A stretch of DNA of 64,000 nucleotides from Naegleria gruberi. Lineage: Eukaryota. The notes under the pieces are model-generated. The model saw only the letters and a list, made by a program, of their open reading frames with translations, was not told the DNA's origin and made no database searches. The DNA is taken from assembly GCA_000004985.1 (NCBI GenBank), contig GG738890.1; one strand, 5' to 3'. The translations under genes and the position numbers were made by a program. This document shows, piece after piece, positions 31,433-41,958 of the stretch. The first letter of the stretch is position 1. Every line of letters starts with the position of its first letter.

Positions 31433-31714
31433 ACCAAACTCTAAAACCTGAGAAAGAGAAGAACATTTTTGGTATATTAATTTGGCTCTGTTGATTAATA
31501 AATCGTTATATGATACTTTTAACTCTTGGCAAAGTTGTACGAGTATAATGCTAATATCTCCTGTTGCGTCCAACTTTGCATATTGCGGAGTATTGTCTTG
31601 GTTTCTGTATGATTCTTGTTGTTGAAAAATTGGCTTGTGTTCATCGTAGTGATCATTCGTGTGGTCTGATGATACTCCACCTTGTGGCAAAAAGTCTCGA
31701 TGATGATTAGACAT
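31433..31714 (-). CDS. RB-like: retinoblastoma-like pocket protein, exon 1
   Basis: N-terminal LCQELKVSYNDLLINRAKLIYQKCSS resembles the Rb N-domain ([27 protein letters not shown]). Confidence 0.65.
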
Positions 31715-32002
31715 TTTTTATGATGAAAAAATAGAAAATTGAGCGCCAACTTTTAAAAAAGGCGGGAAGGATATCACATACAAAGCAAAGGTGGCAAATT
31801 GAGTGTTGTGATCACTTTGAGTGAATAGCTTAACTTGTTGTATAATCATCATTTAATTGTTTCAATATTATGATAAATTCCTTAGTAGGTTTAAGACTAC
31901 AGCAATTATCTATGAATTGTACATTCGAAAAAGTTATCTCTTTGAAAAAAAGCAAAGAGACTCTTGATCTGTATTAAAATTGGCGGAGAAACATAAAAAA
32001 GA

Positions 32003-32221
32003 ATGTTCAGTAACTCACCCAACTTCAATCACCACCCACATCCTCCTGAAAATGAGGTTGGTGACCACCAACAAGAAATTCCGAACAATGACTTTGATGA
32101 TATTGATATAGAGGCTAAAAAAGAGCCAATTAAAGTTTGTATAAGGATACGACCCCTAAATGCAAAAGAAAAAAAGAGAGGAGATGAACTTGTTGTTGAT
32201 TTTGATGATTTTTCAATTGGA
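32003..32221 (+). CDS. kinesin motor protein, exon 1
   Basis: IKVCIRIRPLNAKEKKRGD start of the kinesin motor domain; GTAAGT donor at 32222. Confidence 0.8.
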
Positions 32222-32268
32222 GTAAGTAATTCATCACAATGATTGGAGGTTTGGAACTATGTTTAAAG

Positions 32269-32445
32269 TTTAATCCTAAAATTTATAAATCAAAAGGGAG
32301 TGGTGTTCGAGAAAAAGCATTCACCTTTGATTGTTGTTTTGGACCAAACAGTACTCAGGATGATGTATTCTCGGAAAGTGGTTTGACAACCTTATTAAAA
32401 TATGCAATTGATGGTTATTCATCAACAATTTTTGCATACGGTCAG
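32269..32445 (+). CDS. kinesin motor protein, exon 2
   Basis: KAFTFDCCFGPNSTQDDVF...IFAYGQ; 47-nt intron before it, 39-nt GTAAGT..ATAG intron after it. Confidence 0.8.
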
Positions 32446-32484
32446 GTAAGTAAAGGATTGACAACCAATCAACAATTATAATAG

Positions 32485-33993
32485 ACTGGCTCTGGAAAAA
32501 CATATACAATTATTGGAAATGAGGAAGATTCTCCTGGAATATTACAGAGAGCATCAATGTTTATTTTTGACTATATTGCTCATATTACAGCAAAGCAAGA
32601 GGAAGCACAAATTAGTATTAAAACTAGAGCATCTTGTTTGGAAATATATCAGGAGACTGTAAATGATTTACTGAATACCAGCTCTAAAAATTTACCAGTA
32701 CGATGGAGCAATAGAGATGGTTTTTTTGTTGAAAACTTGTGTGTTGTAGAAGTGGACAATTTGCAGGAATTAATGACAGTTCTTAATGAAGGAATTTCAA
32801 ATAGAAAAGTAGCTTCACACGAATTGAATAAGGATTCTTCAAGAAGCCATTCAATTTTCACAATACAATTTGAAGTTACAACTTCAGATGTAAACGATGG
32901 ATTTGAATCAAAAAAATATGGATCTATTAGATTTGTGGATTTGGCTGGTTCAGAAAAGTTGAAAGTGTCAAAATCAAAATCAGTCTATGAGACTTCGAGT
33001 ATCAACAAGTCTTTATTAACCCTCGGAAAAGTAATTAGTGCACTAAGTTCCCCAAAAAAAGAAACCCCTTACGTTCCTTTTAGAGATAGTAAACTCACGA
33101 AATTGTTGATGGATTCCCTAGGTGGGGAGGCAAAAACAATGATGATTGGTTGCATTACACCATCTTCTCACTATGCAGAAGAAACTCATAGAACATTGAC
33201 TTATGCTAGCCGAGTTAAAAAAATCAAAAACATTCCTGTCACAAAAATTGACCCAAAGGAGAAATACATAATGAAATTGAAAGAAGAAATTAAGAGTCTA
33301 AGAGATGAACTAGCAGTTTACAAGACCAAATCTGTTTCATCTACTCCTTCAACCAAAGTGAGAACAATAGTCTCTCGATCCGACTATAGAGCAGCAGTAA
33401 TAGAATTTCCAAGAGTTGAAAGAAGAAGGGTTTCAACAAAGCATCCAGAAGCAGATCAAGTTTTATTCGAACCAAAACTTCCATTTATTGAAAAGAAAAG
33501 AAAGGATGATAGAGCAGCTACGGGTTTTACTAAAATAATTGAAAGTAATGAATCTGGAAGAGATGAAGAAGAAGAGCATGAAAAAAGAAAGGAAATCAAT
33601 CAGTCGATTCAAAGTCTTAAAGGTCTTTTGGAAGAAGAAAGGCAAATCAATCTTGAAAAGATACCTCAATTAAAAGCCAAAATTCGTCTCTTGGCAGAAG
33701 ACAATAAGAGGTGGAAGAGAATTGTTAGGAGAAATATGGACTTTGACTCTGAGGAATACGATAAGATTAAATTGGAAAATAAGATTTTAAAAAAGTTTTT
33801 GGAAGAGAGTGGAATTCCAAACCCTTTACAAGATTTGAAAAATTATTTACCACCTTCATTGGAAGAAGATCATGAACTAGATAGTTTATCTGATAAGGAT
33901 GGAAAGGAAAGCAGAATTAGCGATATTTCTGATGTTTATTCAGATCCTTCTGAAATGAATTTGGTTTCCTGCAAGGATGAAGAAGACTATTAA
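32485..33993 (+). CDS. kinesin motor protein, exon 3 (motor core plus coiled-coil tail)
   Basis: P-loop TGSGKTYT completed across the splice (AYGQ|TGSGKT); SSRSHS switch I, DLAGSE switch II, LINKSLLTLGKVISAL, HVPFRDSKLT-like YVPFRDSKLTKLL. Confidence 0.85.
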   Translation, partial: TGSGKTYTIIGNEEDSPGILQRASMFIFDYIAHITAKQEEAQISIKTRASCLEIYQETVNDLLNTSSKNLPVRWSNRDGFFVENLCVVEVDNLQELMTVLNEGISNRKVASHELNKDSSRSHSIFTIQFEVTTSDVNDGFESKKYGSIRFVDLAGSEKLKVSKSKSVYETSSINKSLLTLGKVISALSSPKKETPYVPFRDSKLTKLLMDSLGGEAKTMMIGCITPSSHYAEETHRTLTYASRVKKIKNIPVTKIDPKEKYIMKLKEEIKSLRDELAVYKTKSVSSTPSTKVRTIVSRSDYRAAVIEFPRVERRRVSTKHPEADQVLFEPKLPFIEKKRKDDRAATGFTKIIESNESGRDEEEEHEKRKEINQSIQSLKGLLEEERQINLEKIPQLKAKIRLLAEDNKRWKRIVRRNMDFDSEEYDKIKLENKILKKFLEESGIPNPLQDLKNYLPPSLEEDHELDSLSDKDGKESRISDISDVYSDPSEMNLVSCKDEEDY

Positions 33994-34685
33994 GCTGTTT
34001 TTTTAGTGTATCCACTTTTCACACATTTGGATTGATACTCTACAGTAGATTCTACTCCTTCATTTGAGTGGAAACACAAATGATTGGATACGAATGACAA
34101 ACTATCCAGTATTGGTATCACTTTTGGAACTAGAATCAAAGAGGTAACATAACTCCAAATTGTTCCTGTAATCAATCCTACAGATACACCCACGAGTACT
34201 TGAGGAATAGTATGATAATGCATTGCAATTCGTGAGTAGGCCACTAGACCTGCCACTGAAAAGAGTGAAATCCTTGCAATATTTCTCCAAAAACTAGTTC
34301 TTACTTTAAACCAGCATAAACAAGTGCATGCAAAGAAAAACATAAATTGACTATGAGATGATGGCATTCCAAAATGTTCCACTAACTCTGGTGTATCCAC
34401 AGAAACATTCCTAAATTTAGCAACATAGATATTGGCTGGTCTATCCTGTGCAAATGTATGTTTCAGAAAATCATTCATCAATTCATTGACAAGTAATCCG
34501 ATCATCAAGAACAATGACTGATATTCTCTATTCACAAAAACTACTACAACAATTGCTGCTACAATAAATATTGGTAACAAGGCACACAATGCATAAATTA
34601 AAGATAATAAATTTCCCTTCTCATACACAACAAAAGTGAAACTAAATGCCTTGATGATGGCTTCTGCTTCCGAAACTGACGACAT
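33990..34685 (-). CDS. DOLPP1-like: dolichyldiphosphatase (PAP2 superfamily, DOLPP1/Cwh8-like)
   Basis: PAP2 motifs KxxxxxxRP (KHTFAQDRP), PSSH (MPSSHSQFMFFF), SRxxxxxHxxxQ (SRIAMHYHTIPQ); multiple TM helices; 3' end overlaps the kinesin stop by 4 nt, convergent. Confidence 0.75.
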   Translation of the reverse strand: MSSVSEAEAIIKAFSFTFVVYEKGNLLSLIYALCALLPIFIVAAIVVVVFVNREYQSLFLMIGLLVNELMNDFLKHTFAQDRPANIYVAKFRNVSVDTPELVEHFGMPSSHSQFMFFFACTCLCWFKVRTSFWRNIARISLFSVAGLVAYSRIAMHYHTIPQVLVGVSVGLITGTIWSYVTSLILVPKVIPILDSLSFVSNHLCFHSNEGVESTVEYQSKCVKSGYTKKTA

Positions 34686-34983
34686 TTTTTAATAATATTA
34701 AATTATAGATAATATCTATCTAATGTTCTCCTCTATCACAAGACATCATTCATCTGATTGTTTATTTCAATACAACTCATCATCCAATCGAAGTAGTTTT
34801 ATCTATAAATCAGCAACATCAAGTACGATAAGCATTCTGCTGTGCTTTTCAATCAACAAAAAATAAAGCCTCAATAGAAAGTGATACTACAACATCAAAC
34901 CTTTAATATTTCTGATCCGAATAATACAAGATTTTCAACCAAAGAAACAGATAATTAATAGATCATTATTGTAAATAATAATT

Positions 34984-35019
34984 ATGGATACAAAAGGAAC
35001 TCCATTAGTGATAGATAAT
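34984..35019 (+). CDS. ARP1: actin-related protein Arp1 (centractin), exon 1
   Basis: MDTKGTPLVIDN; GTAGGT donor; 52-nt intron. Confidence 0.75.
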
Positions 35020-35071
35020 GTAGGTTTTCAAAAAGAAAAATATAATAAGGAAAATTTAAATCAATTAATAG

Positions 35072-35136
35072 GGATCTGGTCTTATTAAAGCAGGATTAGC
35101 TGGTGATGAAATTCCAAATTATGTATTTAATAATTA
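35072..35136 (+). CDS. ARP1: actin-related protein Arp1 (centractin), exon 2
   Basis: GSGLIKAGLAGDEIPNYVFNN(Y); 43-nt GTAAGT..GATAG intron follows. Confidence 0.75.
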
Positions 35137-35179
35137 GTAAGTTTATTTGAGGAAACAAACGGGGTATTTACAATGATAG

Positions 35180-36242
35180 TGTTGGATCGACGAAACATGT
35201 CCGAGTTATGCCAGTGGCTGGACCCAAATATGATTTTTGTGTTGGAAAAGTAGCAGAGGAGAAGAGAGGAATTTTAAAACTGAAATATCCAATGGAACAC
35301 GGAGTTGTTACTGATTGGAGTGCTATGGAACGAGTTTGGGATTATTTATATGCTTGTTTAATGGATAAAGATACAGGTCTAGGTGAAACATTTAAAAGAG
35401 AAGACAGTCCTGTTCTTTTAACAGAAGCACCTCTCAATCCTAGAAAGAATAGAGAAAAGGCAGCTGACATTTTCTTTGAATCTTATAATGTTCCTAAATT
35501 ATTTATTTCTCTTCAAGCAGTTTTATCATTGTATGCTTCGGGATCAATGACAGGTGTTGTATTGGATAGTGGTGATGGTGTGACTCATTGTGTTCCAATT
35601 TATGATGGTTTTGCTATTCCCAATGCAATCACCAGAATTGACGTTGCAGGAAGAGATATTACCAATTACTTGCAATTGTTGCTGAGGAAATCAGGATATA
35701 ATTTCCATACCTCTAGTGAAATTGAAGTTGTAAAAAGTATTAAGGAGAGTGATTTAATGTATGTAGCAGCAGTGTACGAAAAGGAAATGATCATGGATGA
35801 GGAGAAGGGAATGCTTGACCCTAAACCTTACAAGTTGCCTGATGGTTCAATAATTCAACTTGGATCTGAAAGATATATGGCTCCAGAAATATTATTCAAA
35901 CCATACTTGATTGGATTGGAATATATGGGTGTTCATGAATGCGTACTTCGTTCTATTCAAACATCTGATTTGGATATTAGAAAAGATTTGTACTCTAACA
36001 TATTCTTTGCTGGTGGATCAACACTGTTTGATGGATTTTGTTCAAGAATGCTTAGTGAATTGAAGAAATCAGCTCCAAAAGACGTTCCCTCTCTCAGAAT
36101 CTCAGCTCCTAACGAAAGGGCCTATACAACATGGCTTGGTGGTTCCATTTTAGCTTCACTTCCTTCCTTTAGCGATATGTGGATTACCAAAAATGATTAT
36201 GAAGAACATGGCTCTTCAATAGTTCACAAAAAAACATTTTAA
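35180..36242 (+). CDS. ARP1: actin-related protein Arp1 (centractin), exon 3
   Basis: near-colinear with vertebrate Arp1: [73 protein letters not shown]...HKKTF. Confidence 0.9.
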
Positions 36243-36335
36243 AATTGTACAAATGTAAAAATACAATATTGTTTATTATTCAAATTTAATAATAACAATT
36301 AATTGAAATAATTTTCAATTTATCGTTACAGTAAT

Positions 36336-36733
36336 TTACAAAATTAAGCAACCCTTCTTCTTCTTTTCTGAAGGAGCCTTCTTTGTTTTGTTTGTGGCTT
36401 CAGCAGTCTTGCTACCCTTTTCCTTTCTAATTTCTCTGACCAATTCAAAGAAGGAGTTTTCAACATTAGTTCTAGTCTTGGCAGAACCTTCAAAGAAAGG
36501 AATGCCCCATTCATCAGCCTTATTCTTTCCTTCAGCAGTTGATACTTGTCTTTCGCTTTCCAAATCGCACTTGTTACCTATCATACACATTGGAACTCTA
36601 TCCTTATCCTTAACTCTCAAAATTTGATCTCTGAAAGTGTTCAATTCTTCTAAGGATCTCTTTTCTACAATGCTGAAAACGAGCAAAAATCCTTGCCCAG
36701 ATCTCATGTATTGGTCTCTGAGAGCAGCATATT
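36336..36733 (-). CDS. Ras-subfamily small GTPase (RasG-like), exon 3
   Basis: (E)[15 protein letters not shown]...MIGNKCDL...EGSAK... C-terminal CAAX box CLIL; the 5' boundary is ambiguous by 1 nt (see findings). Confidence 0.75.
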
Positions 36734-36828
36734 CTATTATAATAATAATTAAAATTATTTGCTATTATTTTTGAAAATATTTACCTTCCTATGAAACGGG
36801 TTAGAATTTCAATTTTTAAAACACTTAC

Positions 36829-36977
36829 TTGACCAGCAGTATCGAGAATATCCAAGAAACAAGTTTCAGTATCAACAGTAACTTGCTTACGATAGCTGTC
36901 TTCAATAGTTGGGTCGTATTCTTCAAGGAAATGGCCTTGAATTAATTGGATTGTAAGAGCAGATTTACCGACACCAC
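36829..36977 (-). CDS. Ras-subfamily small GTPase (RasG-like), exon 2
   Basis: [49 protein letters not shown]; GTAAGT donor. Confidence 0.8.
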
Positions 36978-37081
36978 CTGTTTTAATAATGTATTATAAT
37001 TCGTTATTTGTTATTTATAAATAATATATTGGTATTAAGGTTAATGTTTTTTCAATGTCTTAACTACGTACCACCACCAAC

Positions 37082-37115
37082 AACAACAAGCTTGTATTCA
37101 GTCATTTTATTCTGT
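37082..37115 (-). CDS. Ras-subfamily small GTPase (RasG-like), exon 1
   Basis: MTEYKLVVVGG(G); GTACGT donor; 94-nt intron. Confidence 0.8.
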
Positions 37116-37365
37116 TATGTATTAATGTTATTTTTTTTATGTTTTCCAACAGCCTTAATTACTTCTGCTTTTAAGGGTGCCGGTTGTAAACGTTTGTAAG
37201 TCTCCAAAGACGCGGGCGTTTGTTGTGAAAGACAAGCACACAACGTTGCTCGTTAGTATGTCTTAGAAGTTCTGTGGAATTTCCTAGTAACATTGTGTGT
37301 TGTTCTCTCTGTAGCAGTAATAAAATTTGAGGCTATGAGTGTACCTCATGTTCGTTCATCTCCTC

Positions 37366-38699
37366 TTATATTTGTTCGGTGGTAAATGTATGCCTTTTTA
37401 GAATGGTGTTCAAGGCATGTGATTCGGTATCCAATTCTAATAAATCAAATGCTGCAATAATCTTTTTGATGGTATCTTGATAGCATTCCTCCCACTCACA
37501 TTCTGAGAATGCAGTAACAACTACTTCACCAGTTTCAATGAAATATTCTTGGACATTGACTCCACTTCTAAGAAATGCTTCAAGATTAATATTTTCTACA
37601 AAGATAGATAGTGTGCTTAATATTTGCTTCTTGAGTGTCTTGATATACTTGTACTCTGAGAATTGAGCAGGTGGATTGTCTGACGAAAGTTCGTTGATGG
37701 AATCAATCAAGCAACGCCATACTCTAAAATTGTTCATTGAACTACCGTAATCTTTTGTTAAAAGAGAAAGTGCTAGAACTGCTTGAATCCTCACTTTGAA
37801 GTTTTCATCTGAAGAAATCCTTTCACACAACATGTTTACAATTTCATCGATTGTTTGAATGGCTATGTTTGTGTTGCCAATCAAATTGCCCAAAGCATAG
37901 CAAGTATTCCACCTTGACTTAACAGAAGATCCGCTGGAAATAAGAGCGCTTGAGAGTGTTTGAAGTAACACTTGTTCTACAGTAGTTAGGTTTGTTGAAG
38001 TCTCTCCTTTTCCTTCCTTGGAAGTACGAACAAAATAAGATACCCCTTCTTGTTGTACGTGGTTGTTCAAAAGCTCTCGGTCAGCAAAGCTGGCAATATT
38101 ACCTAACGCTCTTACAGCATTACAAAGAACCTTATCATTGTCGTGACATGAGCTTAAACTAGAAATTAGAACAGGAATGACAAGCTCTAAATTGCTTCTC
38201 AAATCAGAGGATCTCAATGCATCACATAGGTTTGCAAAGGACCACGAAGCTCTAATTCTTACATTAAGAGATGAATCGCTTAACATATCCTGGAAATATT
38301 TGAGAGACTTGCTCATGAATTGTAAATTGTTTTGAAGTTTTCCAAACAATACAAACACTCCAACGGTACGACATGCAGATGATTTAACATTTGCATTTTC
38401 GTCATTCATACTTGAAAATACTAAGGAAATAATTTTTTCTGACAATTGTTCTCCGAAAGAGTCAAAGGTAGATGGAACAATATTAGAAAATATTGAAACA
38501 GCAGCAGACCTGATGGACTGATTAGAATCTTGAAGTGCATGAGCAAGAACCATATCAGTTATGCTCTCCCATACACTTTCATCAATTTTGAGTGTGTTAA
38601 ATCCTTCTACTGGTTTCTTGAAAGAAACAGCAGGTATCTTTGATTCACTGAACGGTGAGGTAAAATTGTTGACAATTTGAATAACTGTAAGACGAAGAG
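37366..38699 (-). CDS. HEAT/ARM-repeat protein, exon 6 (last)
   Basis: repeated ..VR..A..AL.NL.. HEAT-like motifs (NVRIRASWSFANLCDAL, NFKVRIQAVLALSLL); 43-nt GTAAGT..CAG intron upstream. Confidence 0.55.
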
Positions 38700-38742
38700 C
38701 TGTTGAAAGAAATTGTAAATAAAAATAAATCTTTCAACTTAC

Positions 38743-39124
38743 TTTGGTCATTGTGATTCAAACCAATCCTAATCTTTCTCAAAATAATCCTCCAATTATC
38801 CCACAGTAGATCTGGATAGTTTTTGGCAATATTGGCCAAAACTTGTGCAGCTTCTGTTCTTATGACATAGACATACTCTTCGGATAAATATTCTATCAAG
38901 AGTGGAATAATACTCAACTTGGAGTTCCTTAGAATTGCACCAACCTCACTTAGAGGTTCCTTGGTTCCAAATAATGTAGCCAAACATAAAAATGATTGAT
39001 TTTGAACTGTCTTGTCTACTTGTGAAGAATTGATAAGACCAACCAGAATTTCTGAAATGTTTGTAAGGATAATATCACAATTCATCTTATTGTAAGGAGT
39101 ATTTTCGATTAGTAAAGAAAGTGT
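38743..39124 (-). CDS. HEAT/ARM-repeat protein, exon 5
   Basis: KVRTEAAQVLANIAKNY HEAT motif; flanked by GTAAGT donors and a TTATAG acceptor. Confidence 0.55.
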
Positions 39125-39172
39125 CTATAATTTTTGCAATGAGAATTGATATGAATGTAATGTCATACTTAC

Positions 39173-39618
39173 TCTGATAGAAACTGGAAGAATAGGAAGA
39201 GACTCTTTTTTGATTGATAATATTAATGTGTAGTGTAATTCTTTGATTATCGATGCAAGAGTTTGAGAAAATGATGTAAATGCAGACTTTGTCTTCATTT
39301 CACTTGCTTGAGCAAGGTAAAGTTCACTATTCTCCAGCATTGAAGCTAACGCTTGAGCTGCTGCTAATCTAACCTTTGAGGATGGATCAAAGAGTAAAAC
39401 TGTAGATAAAGTCTGCTTAGATTTTGGATTTTGATTTGTACTATCATTGTCTGAGAATAAAATCTTCCACTGAGCGAATAACGACTTGAAATCCTTCTTA
39501 GCCAATGTGTTGATAAGTTGGAGTGCTGCTATTCTAATCTTTACAGCATCTCTATTTATATGTGGAGAATCTGAATCTGAATAATCTGAATCTGATGCAA
39601 ATCCTGAGTCTATTGATA
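39173..39618 (-). CDS. HEAT/ARM-repeat protein, exon 4
   Basis: SKVRLAAAQALASMLE HEAT motif; acceptor AATTTAG. Confidence 0.55.
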
Positions 39619-39653
39619 CTAAATTCAATAACATGATCAAAATAAAAACATAC

Positions 39654-40140
39654 CCTTCTTTGGATTTGTAGAAGATTGAGCAGGGAAAAATATTGTTCCA
39701 AAAAGCATTAGTTTCGAAATGTGAGAAACTATCTTTTCAATATCTGGCAAATGAATCTTGTCACCAGTTTGAATAACACCAGAAAGCAATTTAAGAGAAG
39801 AGTAAAGGACTTTTTGGGCATTTTCTACTGCTATTCCTTTTGTAAGCATTTCCAAATTTTGCAATGTAGAAGAGTAAATTGTCTTGCAATATGGTGATAA
39901 CACTTCTGGGTTTGGTTTTGAGAATAAATTCACAAGGCAATTGATAGATTGTTTCCTTACTTCCAAGTCCGATACAGAAACCTTCATTTGTGGTATTACA
40001 ACTGTTAAAATCGACTTGTAGGTTTCAGAAGAGCATTTGGAGGCCATATCATAAAGAATAAAACTCAATGTCCTCAAACAATCAGCTAATAACCATGTAG
40101 ATGATGATGAAATAAATTGTGTAAACACAGATATTAAATC
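39654..40140 (-). CDS. HEAT/ARM-repeat protein, exon 3 (5' boundary uncertain)
   Basis: an in-frame junction requires the acceptor GAGAG| at 40141; the stronger TTTTCAG at 40155 would shift the frame. Confidence 0.4.
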
Positions 40141-40210
40141 CTCTCCCCTCTTTTCTGAAAATTGAAACTATCCAAAGGTCAACCATTATAATATGATTAA
40201 TTCAACATAC

Positions 40211-40324
40211 TTCTTGTTTGATTGTCAATGTAGAAATCAATTGGCATAATTTCGAAATTAGCAAATCTTGTGATTCAGCCGATTGTAAATATTGAGCAAT
40301 TCTCACAACGACATCCAAACAAAA
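40211..40324 (-). CDS. HEAT/ARM-repeat protein, exon 2
   Basis: FCLDVVVRIAQYLQSAESQDLLISKLCQLISTLTIKQE; GTATGT donors on both sides. Confidence 0.45.
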
Positions 40325-40368
40325 CTAATTATTGATTTTTCTAATTTTCAATTAAAACTAAAACATAC

Positions 40369-40614
40369 TTCAGTGTCAATTCCTCTAACAGGATAAGAAA
40401 TTGAGTTTAAAGACTCCAAAATATCCTCAACAGATTTTGTTGTATTAACATTTGTTGTATCAAGTGATTGCAATAATTCTTTTGCTTCCGACCACTGTTT
40501 TGGAATAATTGTTTTATCCGATTGTATTGATGATGAAAATTTAGCACTATTATAACTTCTTCTAGTTGATGAAGAAGAATTTGGCTTATTATTCTTCTTT
40601 GGTGAATGTAGCAT
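40369..40614 (-). CDS. HEAT/ARM-repeat protein, exon 1
   Basis: ATG at 40614; MLHSPKKNNK...VRGIDTE then a GTATGT donor. Confidence 0.5.
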
Positions 40615-40693
40615 ATTGTTTTGTAGGAATAGAACACACCAACAGAAGACAAAGATAATAAATTATTTTACTGGTAATGATGTACTAGTATTT

Positions 40694-40701
40694 TTTCGCG
40701 C
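40694..40701. promoter_or_regulatory. E2F-like motif TTTCGCGC in the 256-bp divergent promoter shared by the HEAT-repeat gene (-) and the PP4c gene (+)
   Basis: ttttttcgcgcc read directly; matches the E2F consensus TTTSSCGC. Confidence 0.25.
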
Positions 40702-40870
40702 CTTCTGTTGTAAGACAAAGCCACTGTTAGCCATTAAAGAGCATCTAAAAAAAGACCAAGGCAAACTCGCAAAAAAAATATCTGGTCATCGGTTGTTTTT
40801 CTTCTCTTCTCTTTTAAACTTGGACGCGGATAGTTTTTTTTCATCATCACAATAATCAATTGATACAAAG

Positions 40871-41020
40871 ATGACCTCACCCTCTGATTTGGATAGACAA
40901 ATTGAAAAATTAAAACGTTGCGAGCTTATAAAAGAATCTGAAGTCAAGGCTCTCTGTCAAAAGGCTAAAGAAATTCTTATTGAAGAAGCTAACGTACAAC
41001 GTGTTTTTGCCCCAGTTACC
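40871..41020 (+). CDS. PPP4C-like: serine/threonine protein phosphatase 4 catalytic subunit, exon 1
   Basis: [50 protein letters not shown] vs human PP4c [50 protein letters not shown]. Confidence 0.9.
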
Positions 41021-41061
41021 GTAAGTATTATAGTCATCATGATTATTAAAAGTCATCATAG

Positions 41062-41248
41062 GTATGCGGTGATATTCATGGTCAATTCTATGATCTGAAA
41101 GAACTTTTTAAAGTAGGAGGTGATATTCCTGATACAAATTATTTATTTATGGGTGATTTTGTAGATAGAGGATTTTATAGTGTAGAGACCTTCTTGCTTT
41201 TGCTTGCATTGAAGGTAAGATATCCTGACCGTATAACACTCATCAGAG
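41062..41248 (+). CDS. PPP4C-like: protein phosphatase 4 catalytic subunit, exon 2
   Basis: [63 protein letters not shown]; 41-nt intron before it. Confidence 0.9.
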
Positions 41249-41301
41249 GTTTGTATTATTCTTGTAAATTGAAAAATTCCTAACCAACAATATTATTTTA
41301 G

Positions 41302-41568
41302 GTAATCACGAAAGTAGACAAATTACACAAGTTTATGGTTTCTATGATGAATGTCTTAGAAAATATGGTAGTGTTAACGTTTGGAGATATTGTACTGAAA
41401 TATTTGACTACTTGAGTTTGTCAGCTTTAATTGAAGATAAAGTATTCTGTGTCCATGGAGGTCTTTCGCCTTCTGTTACTTCATTAGATCAAATTCGTAA
41501 AATTGATAGAAAACAAGAAGTCCCACATGATGGTCCAATGTGCGACTTGCTTTGGTCTGATCCAGATG
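41302..41568 (+). CDS. PPP4C-like: protein phosphatase 4 catalytic subunit, exon 3
   Basis: [22 protein letters not shown]...CVHGGLSP...DLLWSDPD; preceded by GTTTGT donor, followed by GTACGT donor. Confidence 0.9.
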
Positions 41569-41638
41569 GTACGTTTTATTGATATTATTTCAAAATTTCT
41601 TAATCATTTATTGTTGTTGTGATTTTAATACTATTTAG

Positions 41639-41958
41639 ATATTGATGGGTGGGGATTGAGTCCAAGAGGTGCTGGTTATTTATTCGGTGGAGACGTCGTT
41701 ACTCAATTTAACCAAACTAACGGTATTGAACTCATTTGTCGTGCTCACCAATTGGTCATGGAAGGATACAAACACATGTTTAATGAAAGCTTAGTTACTG
41801 TTTGGTCAGCTCCAAACTATTGCTATAGATGCGGTAACGTTGCTGCCATTCTTGAATTGGATGAAAACCTGAAGAGGAATTTCAAAGTTTTCGAATCTGC
41901 TCCTCAAGAATCTAGAGGTATCCCAGGAAAGAAGCCAGCTCCTGATTACTTTTTGTAA
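41639..41958 (+). CDS. PPP4C-like: protein phosphatase 4 catalytic subunit, exon 4
   Basis: [18 protein letters not shown]...[14 protein letters not shown]...[20 protein letters not shown]...[14 protein letters not shown] (PP4-type C-terminus RGIPSKKPVADYFL). Confidence 0.9.

Noticed and set aside
36940-36980. Apparent 1-nt frameshift inside the Ras P-loop (GVGKS then out of frame)
   Set aside because: It came from miscounting line boundaries when reading the sequence; on re-reading, the exon is in frame ([13 protein letters not shown])
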